From Chlorokybus atmophyticus (taxonomy: Eukaryota; Plantae; Mesostigma and Chlorokybus algae), in contig RHPI01002264.1 in assembly GCA_009103225.1 (NCBI GenBank), forward strand, positions 269,727-333,726: a stretch of DNA of 64,000 bases, given 5' to 3'. The position numbers and the translations under genes were made by a program. Positions within the stretch are counted from its first letter, which is position 1; the number at the start of each line of letters is the position of its first letter. Shown piece by piece: positions 12,904 through 25,301 of this stretch. The notes under the pieces are model-generated. The model was given only the letters and a program-made list of their open reading frames with translations, had not been told where the DNA came from and did not search any database.

Positions 12904-14159
12904 TGTAACGATGCTCGTGCTCACATACACAGCACACAAGTCATACAACACATGTGTGCAGCTGAGCACAATCTTCACACCGGAACCTTGCCTTCACTCG
13001 CGCACGCACGCACGCGTCGAGCGCGCCCACGCACACGAACACTACTACTTCTCACGCCAAGCAAGAACGCAGCAGTGTGCCTTGGACCACAACTCCCTCA
13101 AGCATGCACCAGCATACTCACAGCAGAGAGCAGAAAACAAAGTTGGTTGCATTACACAGGGTTTTTCTATTTATACAAGCACTAGGAAGAAATAGCCTAA
13201 TTAACAGGCATTTCATTATTCACTACCAAATCTAAAGGCAGGTCCAAGTGCAGGCTCCCCGCCACGCGCGTTGGGCCTTCGGCGGCTGTGTGACTGTGCA
13301 GTCCGCGTCACCTGGCACTGCACAGCGCGTGTCCAGTCAGCGGCTGTGTCACAACCGCGTGGCAGGTGGGTCACGTCGCCGAATTAGCTGCTGTCGAGCA
13401 GGTCGCAGGCGAGTCGCGCGCGGCAGCAGGGGCAGGCGCCACATGGGCTTAATAAAGCTTATAAAAGCCCTCATCAAGCCAGCAAAAAAGGCAAAATAAG
13501 TACTTTATGTACAATAAAATACAAAAAATGCCCCAGGCTGTTACAGCTGTTGTATTTGGTGCGCGTACTCTTGGGCCGCACTTCGTGTTTGCGGGCGACC
13601 AGATCATCAATTTTTGTTGGCGGTGCACCACTTGTGGTTGCTTCACGCTGCACTTCATCCTCGTCAATGTCCCTGCCATTAAATGACGCCATAGCTGCAG
13701 CACACACAGCGTGAGTGAGCGTGCGTGTCGATGTGCATGCAGTGTGCCTGTGCTGTCAGACATATCAGTAAGCACTCGGTTCTTAGGCATGTGTACAAGG
13801 TTCTTTATCATACATGATTGGGTGACTGCATTCGTACTGATTGGAAGCCAGACTTCTTATGTTGTCGCGGATGCTAACATTGACATCTCCAATGCAGTGA
13901 CACAAGTAAGACAGCTCAGACTGCTAAGGCGAGGCAGCTGTCATAGCATGCACATCACACTTCTTGCAAGCATATTAAAGCTATCATACCACAGACCTTA
14001 ACTCTGTGCTGCAGGCGATCGGGTATGAGCTCCCGCTAGTGCAGTTGGTGTACGGCGCAAACTGCAGAAGTGGCAGGCCGATGGTGGTGGATGCGCGTGG
14101 TGGAGAGTGGCGGACAAGTCCAAGCCTTTTGCGTTTACTACTTGACAATTGCCTGATAT

Positions 14160-14640
14160 GTGTGATGAGTCAGAGCGTGTATGTGCTCATGTATGCACTC
14201 TGAGCGTGTGTATGCATGCAAGTTGATGCGTGTGTACATGTGATGACTTACTACGTGCAGAGTTTGCATGCTAAGGTTGTATGTGCAATGAGTTAGAGCG
14301 CGTGTGTGTGTGCAGCCAGAGTTTGGGTGCTTGTGTATGTGTGATGAGTCAGCGCGCGTGTGTGCGTGCGTGTAGGCAATAATAGTTGGTGGACCTGTGT
14401 GATGAGTCAGAGCTTGTGCGTGTGTGCGGGGGGTATACAGTTGAAGTTGGTGCGTGTACTGATTTAGATAGGGAGTTTGTGTATCGAGTGAGAGTTCGTG
14501 TGTGTATGTATAGGATGTAAGTTATTCTTGTATGATGCAAGAGTTTGTGAGCGCGTGTGCGGCACATGATGAGCGCTGTAAGGCGTGAAAGATTATGTGA
14601 GCATGTGTGTGCGTGCGATCAGTGTGTGTGTGTGAGGGGG
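14160..14640. repeat. Degenerate GT-rich tandem repeat with recurring GATGAGTCAG units
   Basis: GATGAGTCAG(A/C)GC units near 14164, 14343 and 14401 within GT-rich spacers. Confidence 0.5.
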
Positions 14641-16316
14641 GGGNNNNNNNNNNNNNNNNNNNNNNNNNNNNNNNNNNNNNNNNNNNNNNNNNNNNNNNNN
14701 NNNNNNNNNNNNNNNNNNNNNNNNNNNNNNNNNNNNNNNNNNNNNNNNNNNNNNNNNNNNNNNNNNNNNNNNNNNNNNNNNNNNNNNNNNNGGGGGGGGG
14801 GGGCTGCTGACTGCTTGTGTGAGTGTGCTTGCCTATGTGTGGATGGATGCACAACCATCCGATAACTTTGCGTACTCCGCACAACGTTGCTGACGCCTCC
14901 ACCACCTGCCGCTGCCAGCGCCGCCCCTGCCGCCGCTAGCGCCGCCCGTGCCGCCGCTGACGCTGACGACAAGGCCGTCGTCGCTAGCAAATTTAATCGC
15001 GTTCAAGCTTAAAGGATATCAGTTGTTTATTGTCTTAAATATTATAAGCGTTGTTGATATTATTGACACACCATTAGTGAGATACATAATGTACGATAGA
15101 AGATATCGAGCATCGGCCATTGATGTAATTAATGCAACGTTAAGGAACTAACGTCTTTGCGCTTTGTGACCGGTGTAGACGCTTGGCGTCGCCAGCAGCG
15201 AAGCCACACAGCACAGCATCGTCTACATGTAAGTTAGTCTCGTGGTACATACGGTGCATACGGTGCATACGGTGACTATATCACAGGCTAAACCAAGAAG
15301 GCAGGTCAGATTCGCGGCCAGCCACGGCGACCGGTGGTACTCGGCCATCACGTATCAGCGGCCGGCTGGTCGATGTCGATGCATGTTGGCCCAGCTTTGC
15401 TGGGATGTTGCTAGGACAAGCCGCGGCCAGCCGTGGGCCCAGGAGGGTGCTGTAGCGCGGATTAGGCATCTGCCGCTGTCCGATGCTTATATCAGAAGAC
15501 ATACTTCGGGTAAGGTAGGCCTATATTGTGCTTGTTGCGGCGGCATACCGGGCGAGGTATACATGTTCACGCTGTCTGGACTGTTTCACATTCCGGTACA
15601 ATTCCGCGGCCGAACATTCCTACATCGGTGGTAGACCGCGCCCTGTTGCTGTGTGTGGCCTGGCGGCAACACAGCACAGACTCTGATGACACTTGTGTGG
15701 CTGTAGGAGGGCGGGGAGGGGGGGCGTTGTGGGTGTACTGGTGGGTGTAGGTGTGAACCACTGGCGGCGCACCATGTCACGCAGCTGTATCAGCGTACAA
15801 GTGAGTGGAAAGTGGGCTGTTATTTGCTTGGTGGCGGCTGTGTTCCGCCGCGCTTCTGGTTAATCATCATGCCTGTCATCTCGGCTCTCAGCGCACGTCA
15901 AGCTGCCTCGTGAACTCCATTATGGCCATGCTGCTTGGTATTTATTGTCTTTTGGCATGTGAGGGTGGGGGGGCGGGTGGGGGGGGTCGTTCGTGCGTGT
16001 GTACCGTGTGTTTGTAAAGCAGGGCTATTCTTAGCTTCGATACGACCTTACTGTACAGTTGGAAATAGGTGTGATTGTTAACTTGTGTGTCTGCGTGAGT
16101 CAGTGACTGACTCGGTTGCGTCATGTCCGCACATTCAAGTGTTCATGCCAGCAGAGTGCACACGATTGCATGTGTGCACACTTGCTTGCAAGCTCGCTAA
16201 TGAGCACATACATATACGTACGTACTCGCAACGCATAATGATAGCTACTTACATGCTGACCCCCCCCCCCCCCCCCCCCCNAACCTGCCCAGGCTGTTGT
16301 CAACCACCGTGTTTCC

Positions 16317-18630
16317 ATGACAGCAGCACCGCTACAATCACCACCAACACAACCCCCCATCCGTTCCAGCAAAAGCAGCAGCCGTCTCCCGAGCGCCGTC
16401 GTGGTTGGCGCCGGCATCGGTGGACTCGCTGCCGCCCTCGCGCTGCGCAAGGTCGCTGGCCTGCAAGATGTGACCATACTGGAGAGGGGAACCAAGCGCC
16501 GGGAAGAGGGTGACTAGGGTGCATGAGCGCTCATGCGTGTGGGCTTGACATGTACCCATAAACGCTACCAACACGTGTACACACACCAACCTTGAAGTGT
16601 GTGCGTGTATGTGCATGTCTGTGGTGACTAACTTGGTGGTTACTTGATAGGTGGTACGGCTCTGGTATTATGGCCCAATGCGCTGAAGGCGTTGGAGTTC
16701 ATTGATCCTGCAGTCAAACACAAAGTTATAGCAAGCGGCGTGCATTACCGCTACTCGGCAAGTTGATTGACTAACATCCAACAGAGTTTTCAATGTTGAG
16801 TGCGTCGTTGATGTTGTCATTCTTGCTGTTGTTGCTGCTGTTATCATTGTTGTGGTATGAGGCGTCCCTGCGACTGTTGCCGTGGGTGTGTATCAACTAG
16901 CGGAAAACATCACAACATGAACGGCGTGACAATATCATGCGGATGTGCAGGTGGGTAAGTGGCATGGCAATGTAGAGGTCGCGACCCCATATGAACAAGA
17001 GAAAAAGTTTGGGGAGGCAGCGCTGGGGGTGTGGTGGTGGCGACTGCACGAGGTAATGGGCTTGCATGCATGCGAGCGCATATATGTGTTGGTAGTCTCT
17101 GTGATATGTTGCTGATCAGGCAAGATATGGCTATAACAAACACGATTGCACCCGTGAGTCCAGCACAAACAGCTTAAGTTGAATGGAATAGCCAGCGCAC
17201 TCGCTATTCATGCACAGTACGATACACGAAAACACTCACAACACTCACAAAAGGGCAAGGCGTAATGTGTGCATGAGCACAATGATTGTGTATGTCCGTG
17301 TTGCCAGATGCCCTTACACAGGTATGCACACGCGTCAACACCTGTGTGTTGGCCTGTCCGATTACAGGTCCTTATGCGCACTGTTGCTGACGAGTCAATT
17401 CCCATAATCGACAACGCGCGCTGCTTGTTGGCGTGCACTTCGATGACACCGACGCGGATATTGAGCGAGGAGAGTTGTTGGTGGAGTTGGGTGATGAGGG
17501 GGGTGTGTCCTCCACTCAAACATACAGAGCAGACATCATTGTTGGCGCTGACGGCATCGCTTCCAGAGTGAGGGCGGGTTTGTTTGGTGAGAAGCCCCCC
17601 GACTACGGCAATCGCGTTGGCTGGAGGGCTGTGTTGCAGGACTACCTGCCCAACATCGAGCTGCAGAACAACAACGGCAGCAACGACAGCGCGTTCGCCG
17701 ACTTCTCGCCGGCGAAAGACACGTACTTCTGTGCACAGGTGTGAAGGTGTTTGCTGTTGGCATGGCCTTGGGCTACCTATGTGGCACATGAGAGAAGGTG
17801 GTTGCACGGGTGCACCCACGCAAGTTGAAGTATGTTCGCACTTGTATGCATTTGCGTGCATGTCTCTCAGAAAAAGCTGAACCACATGCGTTTTGTAGAC
17901 CAATCCCACAAGGGCGTTGCTGTGCATGCCCCTTGGGCAAGGCACCTACTTTTGGTCCTTCACTGTAGACACTAAGGAGGACGAGCAGCAGGGTGATGGG
18001 CAACGACAACAAGGAGAAAACACACAACAGCACGTTGCCGCACTGCCTGCCTGGGTGCGAGAGTACAGGGAGGCTGATCCAGAAGCTGTCAAGTCCAAGT
18101 TGTTGGAATGTGTGGGCGACTTTGCCGAGCCGGCTCTTCTGGACATGATCGCTCACACGCCTGCTGGAAGCATCCTGATGAGGCCCATCATGTTCAGGAC
18201 TGAGCCCCTGCAGGTGTGGAGCAGAGGAAATGTAGTGCTGTTGGGCGACGCCGCCCACGCCATGAGGCCCACGAAAGGCCAAGGCGCGTGCTGCGCACTG
18301 GAAGACGCCGCCCAGTTGGGCCGCAGCGTGCGGGATGCGTTGTTGTCCATAGCGTGTGTCTCCACCACCTCATCGACAACATACCAACCACGAGAACAAG
18401 ACCCACAACAAGAGCAACTCAGCCACAGTGCACTTGCACAAACGTGTCGCGCGGCCATAGGGCACTACGAGTCCGTGCGGTCGCCACGCGCCGACGCCAT
18501 CCAGCTCGACAGCAAAGCGGCGGCCACTGCTTCCCGCAATGGTGTGAGACCGCCAGTGAGAGAAGGTGACGAGTACAAGGAGTGGCTCTTCAACTTTGCC
18601 ACCATTGGGTTGGGAAGTAATAGTCAATGA
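16317..18630 (+). CDS. FAD-dependent monooxygenase (zeaxanthin epoxidase/salicylate hydroxylase-like family), multi-exon; start and middle exons uncertain
   Basis: VVVGAGIGGLAAALALRK (GxGxxG), LWPNALKALE, DIIVGADGIASRVR (DG motif) and VVLLGDAAHAMRPTKGQGACCALEDA (GD motif). A possible frameshift lies near 17430. Confidence 0.85.
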
Positions 18631-21540
18631 TACCTTATGTGCTGTTAAGGAGGGGGGGGGGGGATATGCATATCAACTTGCACTGTAGGTGCAAAGTGTG
18701 TCTGAGGGATCAACTTGGGATCAACACATCGCAAGCAGCACATGGTATGAGGATAGCAAACGTGTGATCACACAGGTAGTACCATAATAATTGTAGTACT
18801 TACCATGTGGTTGGCGACATGCAGCCTGCGCAACTGTGTGAATTAGAAGAGTTGTGTTATGATACCGAGGGTTTCATTATGCGTTCCTGCATGTGGACGT
18901 GCTGACCAACATCTAGCGCATATGACTAATGAAAGAAGCAAGCAGCAGCTGATCATGAATGCGTAAGAGTGTGCAATATACAGGTGTGCTGTGTGCACAC
19001 AGTGTACGTGGATGTAGGGACAGTGCCAGTCGGTTGCTACTACGCGGTAGCAACCGACTGGCACTGTCCTATATTCATGTACATGGATAATGTGATGTAT
19101 GCACACACCATTACGCTACTCTGTCAGTACACACGCGTGCGCGCCATTGCGCTCAGCCACAAACAGCACTACAGTCGCCACCTGTGTCGTCCTTCTCACC
19201 ATTAGCACGTTTTGCCCGGCTGCGTGCTCCCAACAGCGGCGCTGCAATTGCCCTTCTGGTCAAGCATGGCAGGATGGGCGCCCAGCCTGGTATACCCGCG
19301 GCCGCCGCTTATGGGTGGGTGTGCACTGTATCCCACAACTGCGTGATCACCCGAGCATCTGCCACAACGACAATGCAGACTGCTGCTACTTCATGATCCG
19401 CTCCCTCGCGTTTTTCACACCGAGTGCTGGAATCTGCATGGCCTGTCCATGTCTTCTGGTGCTTGCACTCGTAAGCGCAGTACGTGGACACAACAATCTC
19501 AGGCTGTGCAGTGCGAAAAACTTGCCTTGTATACAGGCGCTCCTGGCGTAAGTGGCCTCTTTCTGCGAATGGATTTGATCTGGTGCGACATGCATAAACC
19601 TCAATTTCCAGCGTCAGCAGCACTTACAGTCTCTGCACCTAATACCGCTAACTCCCAGTGACAACAGATCTGCTCCGATAGGTATAGTCAGAACCATAAC
19701 AGCCAACTTCATAGCAATTCAGAGGTTGAGATCAACAGATCTAATTCATGCCAACGTTCTTTTGATTGTCTATATGATTGACGTGAGACCACGTGCGGGC
19801 ATGCATGGAGTGTTTATTGCATACGATGATTGATGGTTCATCCTCTCACACACACACATGCATGCAGAACTGCACGCGCAATCAAGTTTGTAAGCACACG
19901 CAGCAGAACACACGGCAGGGCATGTCAGGGCCGATTGTGCGTGCTACCTTGCTGGCTAGCGTTGCGCTGCCCGCGGCCCAGCCAGGGCGCACGACCACCT
20001 CCCGCGTCAGTGCCGCTTCCCCGCCTACTTGACTGGCGCTCTTCCTCATGCTGCCCCCATCCAGGGCTTCTTCGCCGTCCACCATGAGTAAGTAAGCCGG
20101 CAATGACATCGACCCCGCCAACCACAATTGCAAGCGCAAGCTTCACCCGCCGCTCGCCAACAATCAACACCCCCCCCCCCCCCTACTTGTACTTGTAGGG
20201 GTGGGTGGGACCACGCTGGTAGCAGCAGGCACGGCTGTGCAGCTACTGACGGCGCTTGCGGCTGCGGCAGCAGCATTGACAACAGCAACAATACTGACAA
20301 TGCCCCTGCTGACTGAGGCCAGCCGCGTGCTGCCCGCCTGTTTGGGCTCGCCTGAGGAGGCAGGGCTGAGGTGCTGCTCGGGCGGGGCGGGGCGGGGCGG
20401 TGTGACGTTACTGGTGGGTAGCCTACGAGAAATGTGCGCCGTTAGTGCGCTGCTTACCGGGTGCATCTTCTGGACGCACCCGGTAGTGCGCAAGCTTGCA
20501 CTCGGTCGCTCATTGGGCGCACGCCCTGTACTTAATTTGTCATCTACTTGCAGCCAGATTCCATGCACTCACACTGCCAAGTAGTAGTTCCACACTTGCG
20601 CCGCATGTTGACGCATAAGAGCTTGCCAGCTGATAGGCTAGCGAGTCTGTCCACTTCTATCCCCTCCTGCTGCGTCAGAGGACGCACATGAGGGGAGTAC
20701 GATGTGCGCATCTCTCGTCACCAAGCCCTGCGCCGGGCGTGGTGCTGCTGTTGCCAGCTGTGTTTGCCTCGTGGACGGTAGCCAGAGGCCGAGCAGCTAA
20801 CAACCTTGCCGTACATGGCAAGACCACTGCTGCTACCACTGCAGCAGCAATTGTTGTTGTTCTCTCTGGTGCTGCAGGCGCCAGCGTGTTTGCTCAAGTG
20901 TGCGGTGCTGCTGTGCAGCGTTATGCAGCTCGGCGCTGCCTGCCGTGCCCAACCCTTGGTCACCGCTGACGAGACCACACCCCCTGGCACTAAGCGTTTT
21001 CTACTTCCACCAAAGGACGGGGTCAAGCACCAGCTGGTGGGCGGTAGCTTTTGCTCCGTTCAGCTGAGTGCGTGGCACCGTCAGGTGGCCCTTGGTATCG
21101 TTGTTGCCGAGCTATTGGCGATCAACATCGCTAAGCAAGTTCAAGTTGACGTCCGCCACACTAACAACTGCCTCATGCACCACAGGGTGGTCATAAGCAT
21201 CGGCCCTGTGTTCGGTGGTCAGGAGCTGCGCCTGGTGGTACAAGTCGGCGTCAGTGACGTCAATCTCCCTCAGCCGTCGCTGCTTCGTGCAGGTGTTGAG
21301 TTGAAGCTATGGCACACATGTTGTGCCGCTGTGCCAATGTCACCCTGCTGCTTGCCACATACGTGTTGTTTTCATGCTGCAGCTGCTTGCTGTGCACCTG
21401 CCGGCCCCATCAGTATTGCCGCAGCTAGTTGCTGTGCGGCTGCCGGGCCCCCTCCCCCCATCATTGTTGCTGCAGCATCTTGCTGTGCAGCTGTTACATC
21501 CAATGCTGCTGCTGCTTGCCACTGCTTGCCGCAGCTGCGG

Positions 21541-21737
<197 letters not shown>

Positions 21738-24639
21738 TTGCGCTGCGTGACTCATCTGTGTGCCACGGCGCATTCCGCTGCAGGTGCGCGGGGCTGACGG
21801 TGTTTGATGCAACGTGATCGTCATGCCACTGCCGCATTTGCTGCTTGACATGGCTGTGGTGCCGCGGGCGCGCAACCTGCGCACTGTGTTTTGCGGGGAC
21901 CGCACCACCCTGCGCACTACATTTCCAACGCCACATGGCAGGAAATCGGTGGCCCGGCGTCCCCCCTCCTTGGTCTGCCTCGCAACCAGCGCCGCCCGCG
22001 CCGCCCACGCCGGCGCAGGAGCGGGTCCCCGGCAAGGGGGCGCAGCAGCAGCCACGGCGCAGCCGGCGCCGCAACCCCAGCCGCCACCTGCGCCGCACAG
22101 TCCCGCCGCAGCAGTTCGTCAACAATGTCGCCATAGACGCCGGCCTGGGAGCGAGCGCGCAGCCCGCAGCAGGAGCTGCAGCTGCAGCAGTACAGGAGCC
22201 CTGCCAGGCGCAAGGCACCGGCCAGGAGCCGGCCCCAATCCTCTCACCGCTCTCGCCCATCACCGGAGGTAACGCCGCGCGCGCCCAAACAAGCCCTTTC
22301 AGCAGCGCTGCCTCTTCCGTGCTAGCTCCTCCTCCTCTTCCCGGGCGGGAGCAGCGCTTCCGGCTCCCGCAGCTCCCGCATGGCCGCCCTGCGCGCAGCC
22401 CGGCACGCAAGTCGTCGCCGCTGCGAACGGAAGTTGCCGCTGCAGTTGAGGCATTCAAGGCTCTCATGGCAGCCATAGAGAGCTACATTGCCCTCTATTC
22501 CAATGATGACGATGCGTATTCCGAGTAGCACGAACGCTGCTCCCTCCCTTCTCGATCTCCGTGACCTCATCAACACAATGGTTTGGGTGCTGGGGCTTAG
22601 CGGTGAGTGTTTGATGGGCCGTGTTGATAGCGTTGGGGCTCCCACCCCAGGCAATCTCAACACCACAATCTACCTCTCGCAACTCAGAGCACAGGTGCCT
22701 GCATCGTGTGTGCTTCCCGTAGTTGCACAAGCACACGCGCCCCCACCACCTCCAACAGAGGAGGATGTGTTGGCCAATGTCAATGGCATGGTGCTCGCAA
22801 CTAATGGTATCCACGTCGTACAAATCACCCGCACCTCTCACTACGTGCACGTGTGACAAAACATTGTCAGCCGCATCAGTAGCGATACCACCATGCACGG
22901 ATCCGAACTACGCAGCATGTGGCGTTGCTCACTGACTCCAGGTATCCACTGATGGCGGCATACATGCACGTGTTGGAAGCAAGCTTGTACCGTGAATGGA
23001 GACGGAGAAGACTATGCTGCCACCCTTATCGAGGATTGAACGCGCTTGTTGGAGGCAACCAAAACCAAGTTGTCCATGTCTTACACCGAAGTTCGTCTAC
23101 TAGACGAGGTCTTCAAACTGTACAATGAAGTCATGCGCACAAGCCCAGCATCGCAGCCAGTTTCAACATTTGGTAAGGTACTCGTGTTGCTTAAGGGCAT
23201 CCCTATGCGAGATGGCCGGCTCGTGCTCCTTGTGTATGCTGATTAAGAGCGGCTCCGTGCATAGAAGCCAGCTTGCCGTGCCCTTGTGTCTATGCTGCAC
23301 CGCGCTGCTGGCACAGCTACTCGGAAGCTGCTCTAGCGCTGCGCATGTGGTCGGTCAGCGTCGTCTTGTGTTAAATAGCAAAGATGACAACAATAACAAT
23401 CATGACATCACTTACATAGATGTTAAGAGTGGATGGGAATGAAGGCCAGGGCGGTCACTAGTTCAACCTTTGAGTACTCAAAGGTTGAACTTGCGAATCA
23501 GGTATGAGGAGGGTTGAGGGCGTCCATGCAGAGACGCCCACGCCCAAGGCCAGCAGGCCGCGCAGCTTTTAGATCACGTGCTTAACAAAGCAAAAGTCAA
23601 GTTATGCATGCTGCCGCCTCCGCCGCCATACAGTTTGGGGGCAAAGCCCTTAAAACGGCCAGTCCTTGGGTTGTCCGGGTCTGCGCTGGTGCAGCGCGGT
23701 CATTAGTGGCCGGCGTTAAGTCGGCGTGAATATTGATATGATGGGTCCAACGAGTCCGCATCGACCAACTGTTGGGATTATGATCGACAGTGCCTGACCA
23801 TTTCGAGCGCAAATCCACCACTCCTTAATTGGTTCGCCGGGTCGTCGGTTGTCCCTCCCTGTCGACGTAGACAGGCAAACATTTGAGTAGAATGGCCGTG
23901 CTCGAGTCGGTGAGACCGGTGTAAGCGATCGCGTTTTGTCGGCGTCGACATAGACGCTCGCCCCTTGGCTGGTTGTAATCCATTAATATTGTAGGGTAAC
24001 GTTGTTGTGGACGTTGAGAGACTGGTGTCAACTGCGAAAATCATGTCGCGCCTAGGCCTAGTTGTTGTCTGTCGCGTCAGGTAGCAATCAACATGTATAT
24101 GCATGTATATGTACAAAAATTTTTTCATACGTATATAGATAATTTGTTATACACACATGCATAAGGACATGTCAATTGCCACAATGTGCTCAGTTCGTGC
24201 ATTTCTTGCGTTTATTCGCCTATATCTGAGGAAATTCAATTATGAAGGTGTACTTCTGACGGCCTAGAAGCGTTCAATGTCGATCCAATGGCATAGCAAA
24301 CTATCACTCGCCGCCAGCTAATTGCACTCGCCGGCTGGCGTTACTGTCTTGCCGTGTAGCGTGACGCGTCCACAGTGACGCGCGAAGCCGACTGACAAGC
24401 GTGAAACGGTCAGTCAAACGTTGCCTGCTGTTGACGGTGACGCGGTCCCGTTAGAAGCAGGGGGCAAACGGAACGGGCAGTAACCATCACTTCTGGTTCT
24501 GTCGCCCGACCATCGGCGTCAGATACACCGTACACTCCCCCGAGGACCGTATGTTGGGGAGCCCGACCCACTAGTTCACTCGAAACCCCCTCCGAGGAAG
24601 TGAATGAATACCTACTACACTGCTAAGTAGACTAAGTAG

Positions 24640-24830
24640 ACTTACGTAGTGGACGTGACAGCGGAAGCATGGGACGCGGCTGTTCAAGTTGCAGCCAGCC
24701 ACTGTGTTTGGTCTCTTGTCTTATCTTGAGCCAGCTGGACCGCACAACGCAGCAGTTAGTGACGCAACCCCGTCGGTGTCAACTTCCCCCGCGAACACAA
24801 CGTAGACTTCGCTGATTACACAGTTTCCCA
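24640..24830 (+). promoter_or_regulatory. Conserved upstream module of the PPC-type RLK
   Basis: GACGTGACA...GACGCGGCT...AAGTTGC...TTATCTTGAGCCAGCTG-GACCGCACAAC...GTGACGCA...TGTCAACTTCCCC...AACACAACGTAGA, homologous to 48260-48490, 53170-53430 and 56320-56530. Confidence 0.65.
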
Positions 24831-25022
24831 CTTCTCTCCAGCAAGGCGTGGGAAGCCTATTGCTCATGATGTGATCGCATGCCTTGAGAGAGGTTGTGTT
24901 GGTTTGAGGCTCGCAGTTGCCGAGCACAACGGCCAGCTGTTGGCCATGGAGCGCTTGTGTTGAATAATACCAGCCGATTAGAGAGCGTCATAGCAGCCCG
25001 TTTTGTTGTTGAAGTCGCTGCC

Positions 25023-25252
25023 ATGGTGCGCTGGTTGGTGAACAAATGGCTATGGCTGTGGCTGCCGCTGCTGTGCCCCCCTGCAGCGATGGCACAAGTA
25101 CCAGGTCCGTCACTGTCACACTGTGTCCGCCTCATGTCGTCTCTCTCTTTCTCGCTCTCTGTCTCTTTCACACACAGCTATGTCCTACTATGCATGAACT
25201 AGTGTGCATATGGACTGCAATTTGGCACAACCAAAGACTCCTTCCCTTGATC

Positions 25253-25301
<49 letters not shown>

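Larger units (their letters stand above)
8028..13545 (-). mobile_element. Chromodomain Ty3/Gypsy LTR retrotransposon, copy 1 (gag/PR/PBS region missing, replaced by unrelated sequence across a gap)
   Basis: LTRs at 8028-8666 and 12904-13545 (TGTAAC...GTTACA), 5-bp TSD GCTGT at 8023-8027 and 13546-13550, PPT next to 8667, and pol on the minus strand. Confidence 0.93.

Noticed and set aside
12586-13185. 199-aa Cys-rich plus-strand ORF
   Set aside because: Chimeric: it spans a degenerate repeat and the LTR, and the frame is not open in the second repeat copy.
14160-14640. Repeats with variable spacers as a CRISPR-like array
   Set aside because: Short degenerate units, GT-rich low-complexity spacers, eukaryotic context and no cas genes.
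23640-23700. RNP1-like motif (NPRTGRFKGFA) on the minus strand
   Set aside because: Isolated match with no surrounding RRM pattern, flanked by stops.
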